Shown: positions 29,049-38,576, counted from the first letter of the stretch. The stretch is DNA of 64,000 nt from Candidatus Limnocylindrales bacterium (GCA_036274475.1 DASUFO010000054.1:3420-67419), one strand, 5' to 3'. Made by a program: numbers and translations. The notes: generated by a model not told the origin, from the letters alone.

Positions 29049-29398
29049 GTGGAGTCGCCCGCCCGCTTCGGCGTCTCGTCGTGCGCCGGCGCGAGTGCCG
29101 GACCGCCCTCGATCCCGCCCGACTGGATGAGCGCGGCGAGCTTGTGCTTGTCGTATCGGGTCTCGAGGTCTGCGACCTCTGCTGTGACGGCGGCCTCGAT
29201 GTCGTCGCCGCACGCCTTGGCGACCTTCCGCCACTCCTCGATGTAGTCGTTGTAGGCGCGCTTGCCGGCTCGGCTGGCGGCCTTGTCGATCGCGACCTGG
29301 AACCGCGGATGGAGCACCTGCTTCGACGACCGACGCCCGTCGCGGGCGATGACCTGGGCCGGGATGTCGCGCCACCAGATGACCGTGAGCGTGCCCAT
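29045..29398 (-). CDS. Small conserved protein of unknown function (WRDIP motif) co-operonic with the methyltransferase genes
   Basis: 117 aa, MGTLTVIWWRDIPAQVIARDG…, with mixed protein-like composition. ATGA overlap with the downstream gene and TGATG overlap with the upstream one. Confidence 0.55.
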   Translation of the reverse strand: MGTLTVIWWRDIPAQVIARDGRRSSKQVLHPRFQVAIDKAASRAGKRAYNDYIEEWRKVAKACGDDIEAAVTAEVADLETRYDKHKLAALIQSGGIEGGPALAPAHDETPKRAGDST

Positions 29399-30195
29399 CA
29401 GCGGTGATTCCCCGTCGCACTGCTCGTGGGGCTTGCGAGTCCGACCAGTTCGGCGCCGGCCGGGGCGGGTTTGCTCGCCCGGCGAGAGGAACCGGTCGAT
29501 TTCAAGCCTCCGCCGCGCATTGCGGCGTCAACCTGGTTCGACTCGCTCGCACGGCGAGAATCGCCGGCGGCGAACGCAGCGACCGACGGTGCGAGCTCGC
29601 CTAGCCCGACATGACGGTGCTCGAAGGCGAGTCCGAGGCGGCCAGCGGCGGCGCGCGCCTGGGCGAGCAGCTCCGGATCCTCAGTCTGCGAGAGATACAC
29701 GAGGCGGCGGTAGTTCGCGAAGTACATCGGCTCGAGCTCGGGATGGCGGTCGATGCCAAGGCCGCGGATCACGAGCCGCTCGAAGTTGCGGGCGAGGAAG
29801 TCGGTCAGCCAGAACGTCGCCGGCTCGTCGTCGGCCATCTCGGCGAACGTCGCGCGACCGGCGAAGAACTCGTAGCAGTGGGCGCCGGCCAGCCGCTCGA
29901 CGCCCTCCTCGGCGAGCACCGGGTCGATGAGCCCGCCCGTCCCGCAGTCGGCGTAGGCGATGAAGATCCGCTCGTAGCCGTCGGCGCGGGCCTCGCGGAT
30001 GCGGTCGCGGACCTGCTCGGGAATGCGCTCGGGCCGGTTGTGGAGGTCCGGCGAGAGACAGGCGACATCGACGCCGGGCAAGCCGCCGGTCACGGCCACG
30101 AGCTCCCGGGCCAGCGCCCCGCACCCGATCACAAGCGCGCGTCCCTCGCCAGCAACCGCTCGCCACTCCCGGGTCTGGTTCGCGTCAGGAACCAA
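29398..30195 (-). CDS. Uncharacterised conserved protein (possibly DUF1638-like) in the corrinoid methyltransferase operon
   Basis: Conserved-looking core …ALVIGCGALARELVAV…ERIFIAYADCGTGGLIDP…AGAHCYEFFAG…. The 5' end is uncertain, either TTG at 30195 or GTG at 30480. The longer form would overlap the corrinoid-protein gene by 83 nt. Confidence 0.45.
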   Translation of the reverse strand: MVPDANQTREWRAVAGEGRALVIGCGALARELVAVTGGLPGVDVACLSPDLHNRPERIPEQVRDRIREARADGYERIFIAYADCGTGGLIDPVLAEEGVERLAGAHCYEFFAGRATFAEMADDEPATFWLTDFLARNFERLVIRGLGIDRHPELEPMYFANYRRLVYLSQTEDPELLAQARAAAGRLGLAFEHRHVGLGELAPSVAAFAAGDSRRASESNQVDAAMRGGGLKSTGSSRRASKPAPAGAELVGLASPTSSATGNHR

Positions 30196-30397
30196 CCGTC
30201 CGCCAACGCGGTCCGGCGACGCTGGAAGCGCGGTCTCCGTCGACGTTCGGTTCGTCCGAGGAACCGATTGGTGCTCGAGCCGGTTGCCCGTCGACGGTTG
30301 GCTCGCCCGGCGAACCAGACCTCGGCGCCGCGACCGCTCCGCCGACGTTTGGCTCGCCCGGCGAACCACGGGGACCGCAGCGGCGGTGAACTGGGCC

Positions 30398-31090
30398 TCA
30401 GGCAGCGGCACGGCGCTCGTCGATGAGCCGCCGCGCCGTCTCGGCGGCGATGCCCGCGTCGCGGCAGTACGCGTCGGCACCGACGGCCATCCCGAACTCC
30501 TCGTTCAGTGGCGCCCCGCCGACCAGCACGATGTAATCCTCGCGGATCCCGCGGTCCTTGAGCGTCTGGATGACGACCTTCATGTACGGCATCGTCGTCG
30601 TGAGCAGCGCGCTCATCCCGAGAATGTCCGGCTTGTGCTCCTCGAGCGCGGCGATGAACTTGTCGGCGTCGGTGTTGATGCCGAGGTCAATGACCTCGAA
30701 ACCGGCACCCTCGAGCATCATCCCGACCAGGTTCTTGCCGATGTCGTGGATGTCGCCCTTGACCGTCCCGATCACGACCTTCCCGACCGGCTCCGCGCCG
30801 GTCTCGGCGAGCAGCGGCCGCAGGATCTCCATGCCGGCCTTCATCGCGTTCGCCGCGAGCAGGACTTCGGGGACGAAGAGGATGCCGTCGCGGAAGTCGA
30901 TCCCGACGATCTTCATGCCGGCGACGAGCGCGTCGTCGAGGACCTTCGTCGCGCTGAACCCGCGCTCGAGCAGGATCTTCGTCCCCTCGACGATCTCGTC
31001 CTTCATCCCGTCGTAGAGGTCGTTGTGCATCTGCTCGACGAGCTCGTCGTCGGAGAGTGCGTTGAGGTCGATGTCCTCGTAGTCGTCCGG
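30398..31090 (-). CDS. Cobalamin-binding corrinoid protein (MtgC/MtbC-like)
   Basis: GTG at 31090 preceded by AGGAG. B12-binding motif GDIHDIGKNLV (DxHxxG) plus a Rossmann-like B12 domain and an N-terminal helical cap. Confidence 0.85.
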   Translation of the reverse strand, partial: PDDYEDIDLNALSDDELVEQMHNDLYDGMKDEIVEGTKILLERGFSATKVLDDALVAGMKIVGIDFRDGILFVPEVLLAANAMKAGMEILRPLLAETGAEPVGKVVIGTVKGDIHDIGKNLVGMMLEGAGFEVIDLGINTDADKFIAALEEHKPDILGMSALLTTTMPYMKVVIQTLKDRGIREDYIVLVGGAPLNEEFGMAVGADAYCRDAGIAAETARRLIDERRAAA

Positions 31091-31133
31091 CACGCGATTG
31101 CGCTCCTGCGGCCCCTGACCTATCCTGCCCCTT

Positions 31134-31170
31134 GGTTCCACGATACGGAACGGTGCCGTATGATGGAACG
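31134..31170. promoter_or_regulatory. Putative operator in the divergent IclR / corrinoid-operon promoter region
   Basis: The minus-strand reading GTTCCATCATACGG-CACC-GTTCCGTATCGTGG shows two direct repeats of GTTCC-N7-GG. It lies between the divergent starts at 31090 and 31201. Confidence 0.3.
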
Positions 31171-31200
31171 TAGGCTCGAATCTAGCCCAAGGGGAGCGGG

Positions 31201-31950
31201 GTGTCCAGAGTCCAGTCCATCGAGCGCGCCTTCGCCGTGCTCTCGGCATTGTCCGGTGGCCCCATCGGTGTGACCGAGGTCGCAGAGCGCGCCGAACTGC
31301 CGAAATCGACCGCCGCCCGAATGCTCGCGACGCTCAGCCACGAGGGCGCCGTGGAGCAGGTGCCCGGCGAAACGCGATACCGGCTCGGGCCGCGGATCGC
31401 GACGCTCGCCGAGGGCATCGTCCCCGTGCGAAGCCTCGTCGCGACGGTGCGGCCGATCCTCGAGGAGCTCGCGTCCTCGACCGGCGAGACCGCCGGCCTG
31501 TCGGTCGCCGAAGGCTTCGTCGTCCACTACGTCGACCAGGTCGGAACCAGCCACCAGGTCCAGGTCCGTGACTGGACCGGAACGCGGGTCCCGATGCACG
31601 CGGTGTCGTCGGGTCTGGTCTTCCTTGCCCAACTTCCGGAGTCGACGTTGGACGCCTACCTCGAGCGGGAGCTAGAGGCGTTCACGCCGCGGACGCTGAC
31701 CTCGCCCGATGCGCTGCGTGAGCGCCTAACCCAGGTCCGCGCCGACGGCTACGCGTGGGTCCACGAGGAATTCGCCGAAGGCCTGAGCTCCGTCGCCGCC
31801 GGCATCGCCGACTCGACCGGCGTCCTCACCGCCGCGGTCCACGTCCATGGCCCGGCCTATCGCTTCCCGAATGGCCGCGAGCAGGAGATTGGCGAGATCG
31901 TGCTTGCAGGCGCAACCAGAGCCTCTGAACGCCTCCGCCGAGCGAGTTGA
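31201..31950 (+). CDS. IclR family transcriptional regulator
   Basis: GTG start. N-terminal wHTH (SIERAFAVLSAL…GVTEVAERAELPKSTAARML) and a C-terminal IclR effector domain. Confidence 0.85.
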   Translation: MSRVQSIERAFAVLSALSGGPIGVTEVAERAELPKSTAARMLATLSHEGAVEQVPGETRYRLGPRIATLAEGIVPVRSLVATVRPILEELASSTGETAGLSVAEGFVVHYVDQVGTSHQVQVRDWTGTRVPMHAVSSGLVFLAQLPESTLDAYLERELEAFTPRTLTSPDALRERLTQVRADGYAWVHEEFAEGLSSVAAGIADSTGVLTAAVHVHGPAYRFPNGREQEIGEIVLAGATRASERLRRAS

Positions 31951-32115
31951 CGGCCGCGGGCCGTCGAACACAGCTCTCCATCGGGCGTCGGTGGCCGGGA
32001 GGAGGCCGGACGCCCGCGGGGGTCCGGTGTGGCCGGCCGGCCCTACCGATGGCGACCGGCCCGGGACGCTAGAGCTGGCGGAGTCGCGGAGGCCGCTGAC
32101 GACCCACCGGGTCAG

Positions 32116-32289
32116 CTATCCGCCTCGCTGGTAGCCTCCGTCGAAAGTCACATTGACGACGGACTTCGGTTTCTCGGACTCAGCCATGACCGCCTCGACG
32201 GTCGTGAGGCCATTGAGCACCAGCCGCTGCAGAGCGGCTTCTGGATCGATCGGGTTCTTCCAATACGTGGAAGCGGTGGATTGGTTCTG
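32116..32289 (-). pseudogene. Possible remnant of an SDR-type gene (C-terminal roughly 58 codons only)
   Basis: The minus-strand frame reads QNQSTASTYWKNPIDPEAALQRLVLNGLTTVEAVMAESEKPKSVVNVTFDGGYQRGG*, a C-terminus resembling the SDR ending …VDGG. It is bounded upstream by a stop, sits in a 550-bp lower-GC gap, and has GC3 around 74% against about 90% for the neighbouring genes. Confidence 0.25.
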
Positions 32290-32500
32290 TCAACCAGTCG
32301 TCGACGGTCGACGTTCGCCCGGCGCGACGAGTAAGGAACTGAACGATGAAGATCGCGACGACTGCCGTCACCGAACTCACTACCCCGTCACCAGGTGCCT
32401 GGAGCCGTGAGCTGCTCGATCTCCCGGGGTCACGTTATCGATTCGTGCGCGTTGCGGTGGTGGCTCGCGTCGTTCCGGAGCCCCCGTCAGGCAGGCCGGC

Positions 32501-33199
32501 CTAGCGGCAGTGCCAGCCGCCGTCGACGATCAGGTCCACGCCGTTGACGGCCGTGTTCTCGAGCAGGAACACGACCGCGTCGACGATCTCGTCCATCCGG
32601 GCGAGGCGGCCCATCGGGGTCTCCGACGTGTACTTCTCGATCGCGGCCGGCTTGCCTGACCAGTAGGGGCTGTCGCCGACGACGCCGGGGTGGATCGAGT
32701 TGACCCTGATCGGCTTTAGCTCCTCGACGAGCGTTCGGGTCAGGCCGACAACGCCGCCGTTAACGGTGGTGACCGTGGTCGAGCCCGGGTAGGGCCGCTC
32801 CTTCGCCATCCCGCCGAACAGCACGATCGACGACTCCGGCGATAGCCGCGATCGCAGAGCCGCGACGACGGATGCATAACCAACCAGCTTCAGCGTCACG
32901 AGGTGGAGCGCCTTCTCGATGTCGTACTCCGCGATCGAGTTCTGGTCGCGGTCGATCGCGACGAGCGCCAGGCGCGAGACCGGCCCGACGTCGGCCAGCG
33001 CCGGCGCGATCGAGTGCGGCTCGGCCAGGTCGAACGTCACGCCGCGCGTCTGACCGCCGACCTCGGCAACCGCGTCCGCAACTGTGTCGGAACGACCGTG
33101 GAGCACGACCTCGCGACCCGCGTCAGCGTAATGCCGGACGAGCTCCAGCCCGATCCCCCGCGTCCCGCCGACCACGACGACCGCGCCGTCATTCGACAT
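32501..33199 (-). CDS. SDR family oxidoreductase
   Basis: ATG at 33199 preceded by GAGGAGG. MSNDGAVVVVGGTRGIGLELV contains TGxxxGxG. C-terminus …NGVDLIVDGGW. Confidence 0.85.
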   Translation of the reverse strand: MSNDGAVVVVGGTRGIGLELVRHYADAGREVVLHGRSDTVADAVAEVGGQTRGVTFDLAEPHSIAPALADVGPVSRLALVAIDRDQNSIAEYDIEKALHLVTLKLVGYASVVAALRSRLSPESSIVLFGGMAKERPYPGSTTVTTVNGGVVGLTRTLVEELKPIRVNSIHPGVVGDSPYWSGKPAAIEKYTSETPMGRLARMDEIVDAVVFLLENTAVNGVDLIVDGGWHCR

Positions 33200-34106
33200 C
33201 GTTGTCCTCCTCGAACTTCGTCCAGGTCGGCGCCCAGCGATAGGCGTGCCGCACCGGCGGTTGGGGCGCCTGGGTCTCGATCCAACGGACCTGCTCGGTC
33301 CCGTTGTTGTAGAAGCCGTGAACGCCGCCGACGGCCGAGAACACGACGTCACCCGCACGGATCATGTGGACGTCGCCGTCGAGCTCGGCCTCGATCTCGC
33401 CCTTGAGGAAGAAGTACGCCTCCTCGAACGGGTGATCGTGCTGCTGGGCGGAGCCGCCCGGCTCGTAGTCGACCGTGAACATCGTCAGCAGGTCCGCCCC
33501 GAACACCTTGTCGACGAGCATCTTCACGCTGATCCCGGAATACACGGTGAGCGCGACGTCCATACCGACCGGCTTGCGGCCGCGGGCCGGGTCCGTGAGC
33601 CGGAGGGCCTCCGCCTGGGGCGGCGTTCCCTTGTAGTGGCCGACGTAGCGAACGTCCGGCGAGCCGAACCGGGGCCGGGTCGCACGCGCGACGAGCGCGG
33701 CCGCGTCGAACGCGCCGCGGTTGAAGAACGTGTCCTTGCGGTCGGCGTCGGGCGGCAGCCGCTGGGGCGTGTTGACGGACAGGAACCGGACCTCGTCCTC
33801 GCCGCCGTTCGCCAGCGCGTGCCAGGTGCCCAGTGGGATGAAGCAATAGTCGCCGGCGACGAGGCGGTGGGCCGAGTCGCCGATCTCCATGACCAGCTCA
33901 CCCGCCAGGACGTACAGCGCTTCCTCGAACGAGTGAATGTGCCGCCGCAGCCAGCCGCCGGGCCGGAATGCTCCAACCGCCAGCTCCGTGTGAACCGCCC
34001 CCTGTTCCGGCCCGACCAGGACCGTCCGGGCAAGCCCGGCCGACCGCGCCGACGAGGGGATCGGCTTGTCGGCGAAGGACCAGTCGACGTGAGCGAGGTG
34101 ATACAC
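33189..34106 (-). CDS. Bicupin (two cupin domains) protein, possible dioxygenase or isomerase
   Basis: 305 aa with two cupin cores (…RRHIHSFEEALYVLAGEL… and …QHDHPFEEAYFFLKGEI…). Overlaps the SDR start by 11 nt. Confidence 0.65.
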   Translation of the reverse strand: MYHLAHVDWSFADKPIPSSARSAGLARTVLVGPEQGAVHTELAVGAFRPGGWLRRHIHSFEEALYVLAGELVMEIGDSAHRLVAGDYCFIPLGTWHALANGGEDEVRFLSVNTPQRLPPDADRKDTFFNRGAFDAAALVARATRPRFGSPDVRYVGHYKGTPPQAEALRLTDPARGRKPVGMDVALTVYSGISVKMLVDKVFGADLLTMFTVDYEPGGSAQQHDHPFEEAYFFLKGEIEAELDGDVHMIRAGDVVFSAVGGVHGFYNNGTEQVRWIETQAPQPPVRHAYRWAPTWTKFEEDNDVE

Positions 34107-34237
34107 GGATGCGTACTCCGCTAGCTGCCTGTCAGGGTCTCTGCGTCAGTCGAGCCGCGCGCAAGGCCATTGAACGACGTGTCAAGTGATGCTGCAACGC
34201 CAACGCTGCGCCGAGCAAACGCGGGCCGGCCCAACCC

Positions 34238-34954
34238 CTACTCGGCGGCCGCCCGTGGTCGACCCGCCGACGCGGCCGGCGAGTCGGGTGCATGGAGCGT
34301 ACCGGCGCCCGACTGGCGGCCCACGACGAACCAGATCGCGTGGACCGGCTCCTTGCCCTCGTTCACGAGCCGGTGCGGGACGGTCGACGAGATCGAGATC
34401 GAATCGCCCGGGCCGAGGTGATAGTCTTCGAACCCGATTGTGACCATCAGACGGCCGTTGAGCACGAAGCCCCACTCGTGACCGCCGTGGCGCTGGAACT
34501 CGTGCTCCGGGCTCGACGCGCCCCCCACCTCGTAGGTCACGTACAGGAACTCGATCTCCGGGTCGGACGCCGTCGTCAGCCGCTCCCAGACGACTCCCGA
34601 CGCGAGACGGATTCGCTTCCGCTCGTCAGCGCGTTGGACGGGGCCAGGCCGTTCCGTCCCGACGACGTTCATCCCGCGCTCCGCGAGCCTCGGGTCGGGC
34701 GAGGGGGCCGGCCGCTCGGCGTCGAGGAACAGGAGGTCGTCGATCGAGACGCCCAGCTCCGTGGCAATGGCGTACAGGGAGCTCACCGACGGACGGGCCC
34801 GCCCGGTCTCGATCTGCGAGATCAGGCTGGGCGAGACGCCGAGTCGGTCGGCCAGGTGCCGGAGGCTGTAGCCATGAGCCTGGCGGGCGTCGCGCAGCCG
34901 CTGGCCGATCGGAGGATGGGGGCGTGCCGAACGGCGCTGGTTCGAGGCTGCCAC
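34238..34954 (-). CDS. XRE family transcriptional regulator with a C-terminal cupin domain
   Basis: GTG at 34954 preceded by AGGAG. HTH_3 (IGQRLRDARQAHGYSLRHLADRLGVSPSLISQIETG) followed by a cupin_2 domain (…HEWGFVLNGRLMV…). Confidence 0.75.
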   Translation of the reverse strand: MAASNQRRSARPHPPIGQRLRDARQAHGYSLRHLADRLGVSPSLISQIETGRARPSVSSLYAIATELGVSIDDLLFLDAERPAPSPDPRLAERGMNVVGTERPGPVQRADERKRIRLASGVVWERLTTASDPEIEFLYVTYEVGGASSPEHEFQRHGGHEWGFVLNGRLMVTIGFEDYHLGPGDSISISSTVPHRLVNEGKEPVHAIWFVVGRQSGAGTLHAPDSPAASAGRPRAAAE

Positions 34955-35081
34955 GGGCGCTCCTACGGTCCGACGGGTGGGCCGCCGCCTGGGCGGCGCG
35001 ACGATGGTAGCAGGGACCGGCCGACGTTCAGCCGCGTTGAACACCGCGCCGGAGGCGCCCGGGTGCAGCGCGTGACGGCGC

Positions 35082-35786
35082 TCACAGGCCGAGCACCGTC
35101 CGCCGCATCTCGTCCGAGGCCAGCAGCTCCCCGGCCGGGCCCTCCATCGTCACCCGGCCCTCGGTCAGCAGGTAGGCCCGCGACGCGATCGCCAGCGATC
35201 GGTCGACGTTCTGCTCGACCAGCAGGACGCTGACTCCGGAAGCGTGGATGGCGCCGATCGCGTCGAACACGCCATCGAGGACGATCGGAGCGAGGCCGAG
35301 CGAGGGCTCGTCGAGGAGGAGAACCTTCGGCCGGGCCATGAGTGCCCGCCCGATCGCGACCATCTGCTGCTCGCCGCCGCTCAGCGATCCCGCGAGCTGG
35401 CTCGAGCGCTCGGCGAGTCGCGGAAACAGCTCGTGCACCCAGGCCAGGGCGTCGGCGCGCTGCGGCCGGGCGGATCGCCGATACGCTCCGAGCTCGAGGT
35501 TCTCCCGGACTGTCATCCGGGGGAACAGCCGTCGTCCCTCGGGCACGATCGCGATGCCGTGGTCGCAGAAGCGGTGTCCGGCGAGCGACGCCAGATCGGT
35601 CCCGGCCATCTCGACGCTGCCCGCCAGGGCTCGATGGAGCCCGGCGATCACGTTCACGAGCGTCGACTTGCCGGCGCCGTTCGGCCCGACGACGGCCACG
35701 ATCTCGCCGTCGCCGACGCGCAGGTCGATCGAGTGAAGGGCCCGAGCCTCGCCGTAGGCCGCCTCGACGCCGCGGACCTCAAGCAT
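35082..35786 (-). CDS. livF: Branched-chain amino acid ABC transporter ATP-binding protein (LivF-like)
   Basis: Walker A GPNGAGKST, signature LSGGEQQM, Walker B LLLDEPSLGL. Confidence 0.9.
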   Translation of the reverse strand: MLEVRGVEAAYGEARALHSIDLRVGDGEIVAVVGPNGAGKSTLVNVIAGLHRALAGSVEMAGTDLASLAGHRFCDHGIAIVPEGRRLFPRMTVRENLELGAYRRSARPQRADALAWVHELFPRLAERSSQLAGSLSGGEQQMVAIGRALMARPKVLLLDEPSLGLAPIVLDGVFDAIGAIHASGVSVLLVEQNVDRSLAIASRAYLLTEGRVTMEGPAGELLASDEMRRTVLGL

Positions 35787-37713
35787 CGGCGAGCCGCCCG
35801 AGGTAGGCGCGCACGACAGCCGGGTCGCGCATGACGGCGGCCGGCTCGCCGGCGGCGAGGAGCCGGCCCTGGTCGAGGACGACGATCCGGGTCGCCAGCT
35901 GGTTCACGACGCGCAGCAGGTGCTCGACGATGACGATCGTGACGCCCGACGCGTGGATCCGGCGGACGACCTCGACGGCCTGGTCGATCTCGGCCGGGTT
36001 CAGCCCGGCGAGCGCCTCGTCGAGCAGCAGGATCCGGGGCTCGGTCGCGAGGGCCCTGGCCATCTCGAGCAGCTGTCGCTCGTGGAGGTTGATCCCGGAC
36101 GGCCGATGGCTGGCGCGCCCAGCGAGGCCGACGACCTCGAGGTGGCGGTCGGCACGGTCGCGCGCCGCCTCGATCGACATCGCCCGGCGGCCGAACATGA
36201 CCGCCATCGCGACGTTGTCACGCACGGTCATCGACCCGAACGGGCGCGGGATCTGGTAGGTCCGGGCGATCCCCAGATGGGCGACCTCGTGGGCGCTCAA
36301 CGCCGCGGTCGGCCGGCCGGCCACCTGGACCGAACCCGACGTCGGGCGGAGGGCTCCCGACAGGATGCCGATCAGCGTCGTCTTGCCCGATCCGTTCGGG
36401 CCAACCAGCCCGACCAGCTCGCCGGCGTCGATGCGGAGCGAGACGCCGTCGAGGGCCCGGAGCCCGCCGTAGCGCTTGACCACGTCGGCGCACTCCAGGA
36501 CGGGGCCTGACGAGCCCGCGTCGGGAGGCGCCGGCAGCGGCTCGGTCGTCAGGGGCGGGCGTTGTGTCGCGGGCTCTGCTGCCGTCCCGCGATCCGTAGG
36601 CCGCCCCACCCGGGCGCGGACGGACCGGGCCAGGCTCGCCGGAACCGGGACGAAGGCGACGATGGCGGCGGCGATCAGTGCGCCGGCCAGCCAGTCGACC
36701 AGCCCGTCCCCGAACCCGACGATCGCGAGGGCAACGAACGGCACCACGAATGCGGCGGCGACCGGGGCTGCGCGGGCCCGGAGGCGGGCGACCAGTCCGT
36801 CGGGCGCCAGCACCACGAGCGCGGCAAGGATCGAGCCCAGGATCACCAGGCTCCAGCCCTGGAAGCCGGCCGATGCCAACCGATCCTGGAGGGTCACGAT
36901 GATGACCGCTCCCAGCAGCGGGCCCAGCCAGCTGGTCCGTCCGCCGAGAACGCACATGACGATGACGAACAAGGGGATCGTCAGGCCGAAGACGGACTCG
37001 ACCGTCACGAACCCGATCTGGAGCGCGAAGAGGCTGCCGGCGAGCCCACCGATCAAGCCCGACAGGCCGATCGCGACCATCTTCGCGCGGAACGTCGGGA
37101 TACCGAGACCCTCCGCGACGTCCTCGGCATCGTGGATCGCGAACAGCGCCCAGCCCGTCCGGCTGTGCTGGACCAGGAAGGCGGTCGCCAGCGCTCCCAT
37201 GGCGACGGTGAGGCTCAGGAGGTAGAGCAGCTCCTGGAAGCCGCCGATTGGGTCCGGGGCATCGGGCGCCGGGACCGTGATCCCCTGCCCGCCGTCGATC
37301 GCCGGGAGAATCCGGGCGAGCGACCCCAGGATGAACGGCACCGCGAGCGTGAGCAGCGCGAAGATCTCGCCGCGAAGCGAACGCAGCCGGAATGCGAGCG
37401 CCCCGATGCCAAGCGCGAGCAACGCGGCGAGCAGGCCGCCCAGCGGCAGCGTCGCGAGGAACGGCCAGTCCTGGCGCCCCACGAGCACGGCCGTCGTGTA
37501 CGCACCGACACCGACGAGGGCGGCCTGGCCGAACGAGAAGTAGCCGCTGTACCCCGAGAGGATGTTCCAGCTCGTGGCCTGGGCGGTCCAGAACCAGATC
37601 GTCGAGAGAAACACCAGGTAGAAGACCGGGAAGCCGAACGCATCGCGCAGGAACGGCAGCGCGGCCAGTGCGAGGTACGCGAGGCCGAACCCGAGCAGGC
37701 CGCGGCGGATCAT
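35779..37713 (-). CDS. Fused LivM permease-LivG ATPase (branched-chain amino acid ABC transporter)
   Basis: One continuous frame. MIRRGLLGFGLAYLALAAL… is a LivM-type permease of about 370 aa. A Pro-rich linker follows, then VLECADVVKRYGGLRALDGVSL…GPNGSGKTTL…, a LivG-type ATPase. The N-terminal 290 codons of the 933-aa track ORF are Arg-rich junk in another frame over livH. Confidence 0.8.
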   Translation of the reverse strand: MIRRGLLGFGLAYLALAALPFLRDAFGFPVFYLVFLSTIWFWTAQATSWNILSGYSGYFSFGQAALVGVGAYTTAVLVGRQDWPFLATLPLGGLLAALLALGIGALAFRLRSLRGEIFALLTLAVPFILGSLARILPAIDGGQGITVPAPDAPDPIGGFQELLYLLSLTVAMGALATAFLVQHSRTGWALFAIHDAEDVAEGLGIPTFRAKMVAIGLSGLIGGLAGSLFALQIGFVTVESVFGLTIPLFVIVMCVLGGRTSWLGPLLGAVIIVTLQDRLASAGFQGWSLVILGSILAALVVLAPDGLVARLRARAAPVAAAFVVPFVALAIVGFGDGLVDWLAGALIAAAIVAFVPVPASLARSVRARVGRPTDRGTAAEPATQRPPLTTEPLPAPPDAGSSGPVLECADVVKRYGGLRALDGVSLRIDAGELVGLVGPNGSGKTTLIGILSGALRPTSGSVQVAGRPTAALSAHEVAHLGIARTYQIPRPFGSMTVRDNVAMAVMFGRRAMSIEAARDRADRHLEVVGLAGRASHRPSGINLHERQLLEMARALATEPRILLLDEALAGLNPAEIDQAVEVVRRIHASGVTIVIVEHLLRVVNQLATRIVVLDQGRLLAAGEPAAVMRDPAVVRAYLGRLADA

Positions 37714-38576
37714 GCCGGCCGCCTCGCGAAGACGCCATCCGGACGCAGGAGCAAGGCCAGGATCACGGCGCTGAAGATCACGAGCGGCGCCGCGGCCGGC
37801 GAAAGCGTCACCGAGACGAGGCCGGATACCGCGCCCACGACGAGGCCGGCGAGGAGCGTCCCGACTGCGTCCCCGATGCCACCGAGGATGACGACGGCGA
37901 ACACGATCCCGACCCACTCGAACGGCGCGGTCGGGATGACCGCGTTGCCGAGCGCGAAGAGCATCCCGGCCGTCGCTGCGGTGGCACCCGACAGCCCAGC
38001 GAGCAGCGTGCCCAGCCGGACATGGTCGATGCCGAAGGCGGCAGCGATCGCCCGGTCCTGGGCGAACGCCCGGAGCGCCCGGCCCGGATACGTCCGCGTC
38101 AGCCCGAGGTGGGCGGCCCCGACGACGAGCACGGCCGCGACGAAGGCGAGGAGCGTCGGGACGGGAAAGGCCAGCGGGCCGATCGTGACGGCCTCGGTCG
38201 CGTACGGGTTCACGTCTGAGTCCATGCGCTGGAAGTCGGCGCTCCAGACGTTGCTCGTGAGCTGGACGATGATGATCAGCAGGCCGAAGCTGACGATGAG
38301 GGAGTTGAACTCCGTCAGGCCGAGCCGATCGAAGGCGAGCTGCATCAGCGCCCCGACCGCGAACAGGACCGGGGCGGACACGACGAGCGTGAGGATCGGG
38401 TCGATCCCCAACCCGGTCGCGAGCTGGAATGTCAGGTAGGCGCCCAGCAGGATCAGCCCGAAGTGGGCGAGGTTGATGACTCGCAGCATCCCCCAGGTCA
38501 GCGACATGCCGACCGCCATCACCGCGAACAGGCCGCCGGTGAGCGCGCCCGCGACGGCCGCCTGCAGGTAGATCAC
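37710..38576 (-). CDS. livH: Branched-chain amino acid ABC transporter permease (LivH-like)
   Basis: 288-aa multi-TM protein MIYLQAAVAGALTGGLFAVMAVGMSLTWG…. Its TGA overlaps the ATG of the livMG fusion. Confidence 0.85.
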   Translation of the reverse strand: MIYLQAAVAGALTGGLFAVMAVGMSLTWGMLRVINLAHFGLILLGAYLTFQLATGLGIDPILTLVVSAPVLFAVGALMQLAFDRLGLTEFNSLIVSFGLLIIIVQLTSNVWSADFQRMDSDVNPYATEAVTIGPLAFPVPTLLAFVAAVLVVGAAHLGLTRTYPGRALRAFAQDRAIAAAFGIDHVRLGTLLAGLSGATAATAGMLFALGNAVIPTAPFEWVGIVFAVVILGGIGDAVGTLLAGLVVGAVSGLVSVTLSPAAAPLVIFSAVILALLLRPDGVFARRPA

